From IMG/VR virus record IMGVR_UViG_2061766007_000848: a stretch of DNA of 29,692 nucleotides. One strand, written 5' to 3'. Shown piece by piece: positions 16,849 through 25,562 of the stretch (positions within the stretch are counted from its first letter, which is position 1; each line of letters begins with the position of its first letter). The position numbers were made by a program, and so were the translations under genes. The DNA comes from an uncultured virus (IMG/VR IMGVR_UViG_2061766007_000848) (Duplodnaviria; Heunggongvirae; Uroviricota; Caudoviricetes). The notes beneath the pieces were generated by a model. That model was not told the DNA's origin. It was given only the letters and a program-made list of their open reading frames with translations, and ran no database searches.

Positions 16849-17172
16849 TTAGAATTTCTTTGTNNNNNNNNNNNNNNNNNNNNNNNNNNNNNNNNNNNNN
16901 NNNNNNACTCCATCTTCCATTTCCTTTTGAAACAAAGAAATAAAGTTTGTTCGATTAGTATAATTTGCTGAATTCTTTTTCAAAAAGTCCGTAATGTTAA
17001 CACCTTCAACTGTATTGAAGTCGATTGACTGGGCGGTGTTGAAATAGCCTTCCTGCCACTTATATACGTTGAAAAACAAATACTCATCACTTTCGGGAAC
17101 CTTAATCTGAAGAATGATATGCCCCTCTAAAACTAATTGCTCAACGGCTTTTTGGTAGATATTGATTTCCAT
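16849..17172 (-). CDS. hypothetical protein
   Basis: Coupled to the sigma-like gene (TAATG); N gap near the C-terminus. Confidence 0.65.
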   Translation of the reverse strand: MEINIYQKAVEQLVLEGHIILQIKVPESDEYLFFNVYKWQEGYFNTAQSIDFNTVEGVNITDFLKKNSANYTNRTNFISLFQKEMEDGXXXXXXXXXXXXXXXTKKF

Positions 17173-17798
17173 TACAATTCCCCCCTATTTTGATAAACAA
17201 CTAAAATCTCTTTTATGTGTTTCAAGCAGCGCAAGTACTGGCCGCTTGTTATATCTTCGTTTTCTTTTAAAAACTCTGACGACTTCTGCCCCGACATTCG
17301 GCTGCGGCAAATACGCTTTTCAAGTTCATCAAACCCTAACTGCGCCAAAAGCAATTCTGTAGTATCAGGCTGCCGATGGTCATGAAAGCCTTTGTTCGAT
17401 GTTTCCAATGCTTCCGATATTTCAACGTGCCCATTGCTACGTTGTAATTCTTTTTGGTATGACCGATAAAAGTTTCTTGAAAGGCTTTTATTGAAATAAA
17501 AATAAAAATTGTAATTCGGCTTAACAATGTACTTTTGCAGGCATTTATCGAAAATAACATAGCAATCCGCAATCACCCCATCCCTATCGGGTATGTTTTT
17601 GGCTTCAGTATTTTTCAGCAAATTTAGGTAGTTAGCAACATTCTTCTTGACTACGTCCTTCATCATCTTGAATACCAAATTCTTGTAAGCGTTTACACGC
17701 TTTTCATTCGATGAATATTTTATAATGGCTATACATTTGTTAACAAATTTAGCCTTATAATGGTAGTCAACTCGAAAAAATGCGCTTTCTAAACCCAT
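17172..17798 (-). CDS. divergent sigma-70-like transcription factor
   Basis: Region-2-like DRDGVIADCYVIFDKCLQKY...NFYFYFNKSLSRNFYRSY; region-4-like FDELEKRICRSRMSG...ITSGQYLRCLKHIKEIL. Confidence 0.65.
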   Translation of the reverse strand: MGLESAFFRVDYHYKAKFVNKCIAIIKYSSNEKRVNAYKNLVFKMMKDVVKKNVANYLNLLKNTEAKNIPDRDGVIADCYVIFDKCLQKYIVKPNYNFYFYFNKSLSRNFYRSYQKELQRSNGHVEISEALETSNKGFHDHRQPDTTELLLAQLGFDELEKRICRSRMSGQKSSEFLKENEDITSGQYLRCLKHIKEILVVYQNRGEL

Positions 17799-17802
17799 GG
17801 CG

Positions 17803-18138
17803 TCAACCCTTACTTGCTTCCTTGAATCGTTTTACTGTCTCATTTAGTTGGAATTCCTTGAAAGGCTTTATTTCCTTTTCATAGTGCTCATGAGAACGTT
17901 TTTTTAGCATTTCCCGCTTTCCCTGCTTATCAGCGCTGGCATACTTTCCGATGCTAATATGACGCTCACTCCAGGGAATGTTTTCATACGGATTCATTTC
18001 CTCACGTATTTGCCCGCATTCGGGGCATGGCGCATTATCGCTTTGAAGTTTTCCGTTGACCATTCGATAATGGTTGGTCAAATATTCATCGACAACGCCA
18101 AACCTGGCACAAGCCTTATTTTTACAAACAAATTTCAT
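17803..18138 (-). CDS. Zn-ribbon protein (FmdB-like architecture)
   Basis: CKNKAC...CPECG. Confidence 0.65.
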   Translation of the reverse strand: MKFVCKNKACARFGVVDEYLTNHYRMVNGKLQSDNAPCPECGQIREEMNPYENIPWSERHISIGKYASADKQGKREMLKKRSHEHYEKEIKPFKEFQLNETVKRFKEASKG

Positions 18139-18139
18139 A

Positions 18140-18637
18140 TCACTTCTGTTTTTCGGTTATTCGTGCATATTCAAGAATTAGCAAAGCATCGCTGGTTGCT
18201 AATGTTATTTTTCCAATACTTGGATACAATTGTTGGGCTTTCGCCTTCAACTTGTTCTTCCATTCGGTTGACGACTTATTCCCCTTGGTACCTAATTGAA
18301 GTTCCTTTTGCCATTTTTGCGGTGTAACTTCAGTCGTAGGTATTTTCTTACAAAGCAACGCCATTTCCAGGTAGCCAAAGCCCTTTCCAAAATTGAACAT
18401 AGAACTGCCGCCCATTCCTGGAAGACCTCCTACCTTTTCAAGATAGCATACGCTGTTATGACTGTACATCGAAAGTAGTTGAAGTGTGTCCAAGGGCGTT
18501 TCGGGCATTTTAGCAACTTCAACTAATCGGTTTTGCGTAACCGAAAAAACTACTATTCCGCCATTCTTTCCTGGGTCAATTGCGATAATTTTATCGTCGT
18601 TCCAGAATTTCACTCGTTCGTTATTAGTCATGACCAT
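18140..18637 (-). CDS. ruvC: RuvC-like Holliday junction resolvase
   Basis: IIAIDPGKNGG, CYLEKV, SSMFNFGKGFG, VTPQKWQK, SDALLI. Confidence 0.9.
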   Translation of the reverse strand: MVMTNNERVKFWNDDKIIAIDPGKNGGIVVFSVTQNRLVEVAKMPETPLDTLQLLSMYSHNSVCYLEKVGGLPGMGGSSMFNFGKGFGYLEMALLCKKIPTTEVTPQKWQKELQLGTKGNKSSTEWKNKLKAKAQQLYPSIGKITLATSDALLILEYARITEKQK

Positions 18638-18662
18638 ATCGTTTTTAAATTGCGCTCCAAAT

Positions 18663-20530
18663 TTATAAAAACTTTGAATTCAAAAAACGACTGACGCCAT
18701 CTTCTTTGACTACATATAGCGTATTTTCGTTGTTGAAAGATTCACTAACATTCTGAGTTATCATCATAACAGTGATTCCAACCTTGTTTAGCGTGTTTAT
18801 TATCTTTTCCTGCCCCTTACTATCAATTCCTGGAAATACCTCGTCAAGCAAAAGTAAATTCAAGCCCTTTCCGTTTGTCGATAGGTTTATCAAATGCTGA
18901 ATTCCTAATACACCAGCGAGCGTAACACGACCACGTTCACCGCCCGATTTTGACATAAACGCTTCAGCCGTCACGCCATCATTCAAAACAAATACGTCTA
19001 TCTTTTCACGTACCTCGCCTGATTTAAGAATAGTGAAGCCATTTATCAGAACCGATATATCAACCCCGAATTTACGCAAGTAACTATTTGTGATGCCCTC
19101 GATTATTTTGATGGACTTGTTAGCCAAATAGGTCATGAAGCCAGAGCGCCCCATATTAAACTGCCAAAACCGAATTGAATCAATTTCGCTTGAAATAGGC
19201 GTCAGGCTTTTTGTAAGCCGTTTAATTTCCTTATCACATTCAGCGATACGCTCATTTAAACTTTTTAGCATTTTGTCATCCTTCTGGCGTTCCTTGATAG
19301 CCTTTTCTTCGGCTCGTAACTTTTCCAACCTGTCCTGGGCGTCCTTGCGTTCCCTTGCGCTGTTATTTATCTTGCGTTCAAAATTCGATATTTCATCTTC
19401 CAAAGCCTCAACTGATTCCTTTGCTTCTTCTGCCGTTTTAATTTTAACATTCAAAATTCTCAAACTTGCTTCTTTTGATTCAAGTGTNNNNNNNNNNNNN
19501 NNNNNNNNNNNNNNNNNNNNNNNNNNNNNNNCGTCTTTGCTTCTTCAACGGAAAGCCCTAATTCTGACTCATGGATAAATTCGTGTGAACATTTCGGGCA
19601 AGTGATTGTATCTTCAAGTTCCGCTTTGATTTTCTTTTCGGTTTTCCTACTCACCGCCAATTCTGATTCAACCGATTCAATATCATCCTTCAACGCTTTT
19701 CGGGCTCCCTTCAACTTTGAAACGTCTTCAACCTCGATTGCCTCGATTTGGGCTTTTCGGTTTTCAATAGCCTTCACCCACTTTTCTTCCCGCAAGTTCA
19801 TTTCGGCTATTTCAGCAATACATTCACGCCACTTTTCCTTAATTTGCTCCAACTCGCTTTCCGAATTATCATTAGCAAGAACTTCTTCCCTTTGCTCCAA
19901 TAACAATTCACGTCTATCGGATAACTTACCTATTTCATTCTCGATATTTTTGTATTCACCGCTTTTTTCCTTGTNNNNNNNNNNNNNNNNNNNNNNAATC
20001 ATATCAGCCGATGTAATTCGATTCATGATTTCTTTCTTTTCACCATCGCTGGCGGTGAAGAAAGTGTAGCGATTGTCCTGGCTGATTATGTAATATCTTA
20101 ACAAGTCCTCACGCCCTATTCCTATCAAATCAATAATACGCTTATTGGCCTCGTTGACGGAAGTTATTTGGCGGTTCAACTTTTCGTTTTCCCATATTTC
20201 AACTTTTGCAGCCTTTCCCCCTCTGAAAANNNNNNNNNNNNNNNNNNNNNNNNTCATTTTCAGCACTGGATTGAATAGGCTGAAAACTATTTTACAGTCA
20301 TCCGCATCCCTATTGATAAAATTATCCTTCTTGATTAGTCGAAGACTATCGTTCGTCAAAGCAATGCAAACCGCTTCAAATAAGGTTGTTTTTCCAGCCC
20401 CATTATTTTCCAAATTTCGGTCAGTTTCATTCTTACCAAAAATAACAGTGCATGAGTTGTTCTTGAATTCGTAAGTCGAATTCTTGTGCGAAAAAAGATT
20501 TTCTATTTCAATTTTTTCAGGATTCCACAT
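18663..20530 (-). CDS. sbcC: SbcC/Rad50/gp46-like ATPase (one gene across three N gaps)
   Basis: NGAGKTT Walker A, ISQ Q-loop, coiled coil with Zn hook CPKC, signature KSGGERGR, LLLDEVFPGID. Confidence 0.9.
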
Positions 20531-21565
20531 AACGCATGTTTTTAATAAGGTCAAACCCATATTTAAACTTTTTACCCTTAATTTCGTTATCAGCGCAAAA
20601 CTTCAAGAAGTCCTTTGTGATAGCACTTTTATCAAATGATAAAACGTTGTCTGATTCCGATATTTCCATCGCTTCAGCCATTTCGCTTGCTACAAACTTG
20701 CAGTCAATTCCATACTTTCCCTGGATTTCAGCAATATTGATTTTTTGGCAATCGGTTTTCTTGCCCCGAAAAACGAACCTGATATGGTCGTAGGTTTCGC
20801 CCTCGTACTTTTCCAAAAGGTTCATCAATGTTTCCTTGTCGTCAGCGGCAATAACTTCCTTGATATATTTCGGGAACTNNNNNNNNNNNNNNNNNNNNNN
20901 NNNNNNNNNNNNNNNNNNNNNNNNNNNNNNNNNNNNTTTCGCCGTAATTATTCTGATAAGCAGAGCCAGTGTAAATTACGTTTTCCGCTAACTTGGATGC
21001 GTTGTGATAATGCCCGATTAAAACATTTGACCATTTTTCAAACATCGATGGCTTGATTATAGAAGAGACTTTGGAGCCGTCGTTGTTAACAACCCCATCA
21101 AAGCCCGAATGGGTGATTAGAAAATTTGTTATTTCAAAATTTGGGCGCCCCTCGATAATTCTTTGATATTCCTCCAACCACTTCTCATCTTTGAAGTAAG
21201 GTATAAAGGCAANNNNNNNNNNNNNNNNNNNNNNNNNNNNNNNNNNNNNNNNNNNNNNNNNNNNCGCTAAAAACATCCAAATAACTCTTTTCATCATCAC
21301 TATCGGTTTTATCATGGTTTCCTGGAATAACGTGGAGTTCAATTTGATTTTCCGACAAAAATATCAGAATTTCCTTCCAATCTGTTAAACACTGAAGCGG
21401 TTGCCCCGAACGATTTGTGAAAACATCGCCACCGCAAAATATTCTCTTAACGTCGTACTCATCGCACAACCGCTTTAATTGGACAAATATATCCTTGACT
21501 AATTCCCCATTATCCTTATCAAGATGGACATCATTAACAAGTATGCCGACAGCTCGCTTTTTCAT
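20517..21565 (-). CDS. sbcD: SbcD/Mre11/gp47-like metallophosphoesterase nuclease (one gene across two N gaps)
   Basis: NDVH, GGDVF, PGNHD, ITHSG, GHYH, YTGSAYQNNYGE. Confidence 0.9.
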
Positions 21566-22683
21566 TCCTCTTCCTCCTCAATTCCGTTTGCTAAACGCTT
21601 TTTCAACTCGATTAAATCACTTTGCATAGCCTTATTAATCTTGTTATGCAAGACGGTCAAAAATTTGTTATGGTCGTAGTAATGCTGGAATAATTCCCTG
21701 GGTGAACTCCAAGTCAGTTTTCCGTTCAAAAAACTCATCTTTTTAGCCCCCTCCTTTTGAATGATTCCTGCTTCACAAGCATAGTCAATATCCTCTTGCG
21801 AGAGAATAATTCCGTAGCCTAACAAAATGCGAATATCGGTCTTTTGGCGACTTCCAAAGTCGTTTTTCACAACTTTCACTTCGGTTATCTGAGCAACCTC
21901 CACGTCGTCTATCTTTTCATGCTTCAATAGTTTCATCGATAGCCGAATAGTGGGAAGCAATTCAACCCATTCACCGCCTGTACTTTTTCGGGTTGTTATA
22001 CCCATCGTGCTTTGTTCGTACTGATGATTCAGCATTACAAAATGCATAACATGCGTGTACATTTCGGACATTATTGACTTGGCAAACTTTTTTGCTTCTT
22101 TTGCAAAGGCCATCATTTTTTCGTTTTTCAACTCGATGTCTTCAACGTCAGAACCCCTTTGAAGTTCTTTTTCCAAAAGTTTGGTATTTTCGGTCATTGT
22201 GTCTAATTCGGATTTTGATAGCGTTGCCCCCAGGCTGTCCCACAGGAAGAAAAATTTAGGTTTAAGTTTCTCTTCCTTCAAAACCTCATCGGCATCCATG
22301 ATAAGTTTCTTGACTTGCATAAACATCGCTTCAACGTACTTGACTTTGATGATTATAATACGCTGAACGGGCAAGCCTAATTGAAGGGCATAGTCCTTAT
22401 TGTCCCGATTTTCGCTGGAAAGTATAACAGCAACCCCATCATCGGGATTTTCTTGTAGAAAATATTTCATCGCCATTAAACCCAACGTTGTTTTACCACT
22501 TCGGCTCTTTCCTGCTATTTCGATAATGCCTGTCGGGAATCCAAAGGTTCTCAAGTTATAGTCGAGAGTAGGAGAGCCAGTGTGAGCCCAACTTTTTACA
22601 TCCTTGAATCCATCCTTTTCGGAAAACTTAATCACGTCCTCCGAATTAAAACGCTCAACAATTTTGTCGATTATACTTTTCAT
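21562..22683 (-). CDS. recA: RecA/UvsX recombinase
   Basis: TGSPTLD, IIEIAGKSRSGKTT, WDSLGA, LNHQY, STGG, VVKNDF. Confidence 0.92.
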   Translation of the reverse strand: MKSIIDKIVERFNSEDVIKFSEKDGFKDVKSWAHTGSPTLDYNLRTFGFPTGIIEIAGKSRSGKTTLGLMAMKYFLQENPDDGVAVILSSENRDNKDYALQLGLPVQRIIIIKVKYVEAMFMQVKKLIMDADEVLKEEKLKPKFFFLWDSLGATLSKSELDTMTENTKLLEKELQRGSDVEDIELKNEKMMAFAKEAKKFAKSIMSEMYTHVMHFVMLNHQYEQSTMGITTRKSTGGEWVELLPTIRLSMKLLKHEKIDDVEVAQITEVKVVKNDFGSRQKTDIRILLGYGIILSQEDIDYACEAGIIQKEGAKKMSFLNGKLTWSSPRELFQHYYDHNKFLTVLHNKINKAMQSDLIELKKRLANGIEEEEE

Positions 22684-22697
22684 AAAATAGATTTTTT

Positions 22698-22739
22698 AAA
22701 AAAGAGGGGCAACAATCATTTCAACTGCCGCCCCACCTC
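22698..22739 (-). terminator. intrinsic terminator between SSB and recA
   Basis: GGGGCGGCAGT-TGAAATG-ATTGTTGCCCC-TCTTTTTT. Confidence 0.75.
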
Positions 22740-22766
22740 CGTAACATTTAGAAAAATGGTTCCAAA

Positions 22767-24086
22767 TTATTTCTTACCCGCCAATTTACGCTTAATGTCC
22801 TCCAGGGATACCTTACTTTTTGGAGCGTCATCCTCTTCTTCCTCTTCCTCTTCTTCGTCATCAGATTCATCGGCTCCATTGGTTTCGGCATTTCGGATTG
22901 CATTTCGTAAGTCGTCATCCGACATTGACTTTTTAATCGAAATGTCCAGGTCGTTATCCTTAACGTATTTTTTCAACGCATCCCTGTCCATGGCGTCAAA
23001 CTTATCACCCGATGATTCTTCCTCTTCCTCCTCGTCGTCTTCCTCTTCTTCGTCATCGGTTTCGTCTTCTTCCTCCTCGTCGTCAACTTTCGATGCTTTC
23101 TTGGCGGGCGCTGACTTTTTAGCAGGCTTTTCATCCTCCTCTTCGTCATCGGTTTCCTCTTCCTCTTCGTCGTCTTCGGGCTCAACTTTCTTCACGCTTT
23201 TCTTAACCGCTTTCTTTTTCGGCTCATCGTCATCGCTATCGTCGCTGTCATATTGAGCCTTAATTTCCTCAACGTGCTCAAGCCAATCGTCATCATCGAA
23301 AAGCCCGATGCCGTTTTCGTCATCGAAATTCTGCAAGCCCTCCAAAGCCTTTTCAAAATCTCTCATTCCGTACTTTGGAAGCACTTCATTAAGCGGTTTC
23401 AAAGTCATGAAATATTCGATTTCCTCGTCTGTCAATGGACGTGCCACAACTTTCTTTGGGAACGATACCTCATAATAATTTTCACCCTTCTTTTTGTTCG
23501 GGTTCTTCATATACTTGACCAAAATAGGTAGTCCCTCGTCTGGGTCAGTAAATGGGTCAACCTCGATTGCCTCATCCTCGTCTTCTGAGAAGGCAAGTTT
23601 ATTCATGGCGTCGCGAACCATCTTTTTGAATTCCCAAAGTTTTGCGCGCAACTCCTCATCGGGATTTACGGCTGCCGCATAGCAAAGCCAGGTGTAAGAT
23701 GGACTCAGACTATCTTTTTGACCAGTCAGTGCCTCTAACTTATCGGCATCCTTTGCCCATTTCTTCTTTGCGTATTTTACGTACTCATCTACCAAATCCC
23801 ATTTTGTTCCTCCATGGACTTTTGAATCCAGGACTGTGGTTCGTCTTGGGTCACCATCCCTACCAGTGACTGTGAGCCAATAACATTTCTTTGGAATGTA
23901 GAAGTCTTCAACTCCTGGATGGGCGGGAAAAATTCGGATTTTCAAAGTTTTGCCGTCTTCCAGGTTCAAATACTCATTGCTGCTGACGCCAACCATTTCG
24001 TTGTCTTCGTCAACACGCTTTTTCAGTTTTTTAATCGGAGTTGCCTTCAGCTGCGAACGCAAATCTCCAGCAGTGCTTTTCGCCAT
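22767..24086 (-). CDS. gp32-like single-stranded DNA-binding protein with a long acidic tail
   Basis: KIRIFP, DPFTDPDEG..I, YEVSF core; about 160-aa D/E/K-rich tail; lies between the UvsY-like gene and recA. Confidence 0.75.
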   Translation of the reverse strand: MAKSTAGDLRSQLKATPIKKLKKRVDEDNEMVGVSSNEYLNLEDGKTLKIRIFPAHPGVEDFYIPKKCYWLTVTGRDGDPRRTTVLDSKVHGGTKWDLVDEYVKYAKKKWAKDADKLEALTGQKDSLSPSYTWLCYAAAVNPDEELRAKLWEFKKMVRDAMNKLAFSEDEDEAIEVDPFTDPDEGLPILVKYMKNPNKKKGENYYEVSFPKKVVARPLTDEEIEYFMTLKPLNEVLPKYGMRDFEKALEGLQNFDDENGIGLFDDDDWLEHVEEIKAQYDSDDSDDDEPKKKAVKKSVKKVEPEDDEEEEETDDEEEDEKPAKKSAPAKKASKVDDEEEEDETDDEEEEDDEEEEEESSGDKFDAMDRDALKKYVKDNDLDISIKKSMSDDDLRNAIRNAETNGADESDDEEEEEEEEDDAPKSKVSLEDIKRKLAGKK

Positions 24087-24104
24087 TTTTATAAATTTTA
24101 CAAA

Positions 24105-24635
24105 TTAGTCAATCAACTTTTTCGTTCGTTTTATTAAAACGTTGTTCACCTTCCCCTCGATAGCCGAATCAGGAATATCGCCTTGCTGGACAGTCAAGGA
24201 AAGTTTGTCCAACTTTTCACTCTTATCTTTTGCGGACCAAAATACCGAATTCATGTAGTCCCTTGTTTTTTGGCATTCAATCAGCTTTTTTCGGATAGCC
24301 TGATAAGCCTTGTTCACAACTACAGCGTTGTTCAACGCTTCAACAGTTGGAGCCTTTCCGTTGTTCTCAGCGGCTAATTCGGCTCTCAAGCGTTCCTTGG
24401 TTTTCGCCTCAAATACTTCTAAATTCAACTTCGCCTCAGCCACCTGGCTTTCGGCTTCAGCAAGTAGTTGGCCAAAGCGGTTTACAATCACGGGAAACGT
24501 TACCAACTCACCTATCAAATTTGAATAGTCAATCTTCAATAGGGAATCAATATCCATATCCTCATCAAAACTATCAAACAACAGTTTGTAAGTTTTTTCA
24601 CCGATGGTTATAATCTTCTTTTCCATAACTAACAA
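24105..24635 (-). CDS. UvsY-like recombination mediator
   Basis: LKIDYSNLIGEL...long helix...PTVEALNNAV...SAKDKSEKLDKLS; syntenic with SSB and RecA. Confidence 0.6.
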   Translation of the reverse strand: MLVMEKKIITIGEKTYKLLFDSFDEDMDIDSLLKIDYSNLIGELVTFPVIVNRFGQLLAEAESQVAEAKLNLEVFEAKTKERLRAELAAENNGKAPTVEALNNAVVVNKAYQAIRKKLIECQKTRDYMNSVFWSAKDKSEKLDKLSLTVQQGDIPDSAIEGKVNNVLIKRTKKLID

Positions 24636-24665
24636 CTTTTAGTCGGTTTTTTCAAACTTTCCTGG

Positions 24666-24917
24666 TCATCCTGCNNNNNNNNNNNNNNNNNNNNNNNNNN
24701 NNNNNNNNNNNNNNNNNNNNNNTCCTTCAAAGTTGGGAGTTGCCTCCCTATTTTCTACCATGTTTCTGTACCTACGTACTTTGTCCCACAAATGAACCAT
24801 ATTGCCGTTCAGCCCCAAGTCGAATGAAGCCCCCTTGTAATCTTGGTTCTTTTTTACGAGCAGGTCGCTCATGCCATTGAAAACGCTTTCAATGCTTTCC
24901 TTCGTCATCTTTGCCAT
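24666..24917 (-). CDS. NMAD1/DUF1599-like nucleotide-modification-associated protein
   Basis: LLVKKNQDYKGASF..LGLNG..VHLWDKVRRYRN; the C-terminal ExxxDxxxD region falls in an N gap. Confidence 0.7.
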   Translation of the reverse strand: MAKMTKESIESVFNGMSDLLVKKNQDYKGASFDLGLNGNMVHLWDKVRRYRNMVENREATPNFEGXXXXXXXXXXXXXXXXAG

Positions 24918-25551
24918 ACAAACTTTTAATTAAATTATTTAATTCATCAAAATTCAATTCAATCCCTGGAATATCAAACCTAAATTTAAGAACATCCATT
25001 ACTTTTTCAGCCGTTTTCGTAGCGTTTTGTCGGCAATATTCCCATTTAGCATATAAACTGTTGTTTCCTAACTCACGCTCTCTTTTCATATAAAATATAA
25101 GCGCAAGCCAATCACATAATTTACAAAAAAGTTTAGCGTCGCTGATAGCGCTGCAAATATTATCAACCATCATACANNNNNNNNNNNNNNNNNNNNNNNN
25201 ATTTTTTTCGCAAAATTCTTCAAGCGCCCTATGGTGAGCAAAATCGTTTAAAACTTCCCTAATCTTTTCACCATTATAAGCGTTGTATTTTGTCTCATGT
25301 GACATGTCCCGCAATATTAGCGCTTCATCCCAATCATGAAACATTAGAGCATCCAAACAGGCCAGTTTGAAGTCTAAAACTTTTGGACAATTATTATTTC
25401 CAAAGATATCCTCAAGCAGTACCCTACCAAAAATTAAAACCTTATAAGAATGTTGGCTGACGCTTTCTTCTTTGAAGACGTCTATTTCCTGCCATTGCTT
25501 AATGTTATCAAGTCGCTTCAAATAAGCCCCATTGAAAATTTTACTAATCAT
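24889..25551 (-). CDS. HD-domain deoxynucleotide phosphohydrolase (YfbR/DatZ-like)
   Basis: RL..IKQW, ESVSQHSYKV, ALMFHDWDEA...D....KY, CKLCDWLA, ERELGN. Confidence 0.85.
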   Translation of the reverse strand: MISKIFNGAYLKRLDNIKQWQEIDVFKEESVSQHSYKVLIFGRVLLEDIFGNNNCPKVLDFKLACLDALMFHDWDEALILRDMSHETKYNAYNGEKIREVLNDFAHHRALEEFCEKNXXXXXXXXCMMVDNICSAISDAKLFCKLCDWLALIFYMKRERELGNNSLYAKWEYCRQNATKTAEKVMDVLKFRFDIPGIELNFDELNNLIKSLYGKDDEGKH

Positions 25552-25562
25552 TTTTTACAAAA

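Noticed and set aside
15374..21565. Apparent frameshifts or pseudogenes in uvrD, sbcC and sbcD
   Set aside because: Every break falls in an N run, so these are assembly or masking artefacts.
22830..23250. TCx trinucleotide repeats as a repeat array or CRISPR
   Set aside because: Explained by acidic codon runs in the SSB tail; there is no repeat-spacer structure.
24889..25551. Calling the HD protein DatZ and the genome a Z-genome
   Set aside because: No PurZ is present in the window, and HD motifs alone do not fix substrate specificity.
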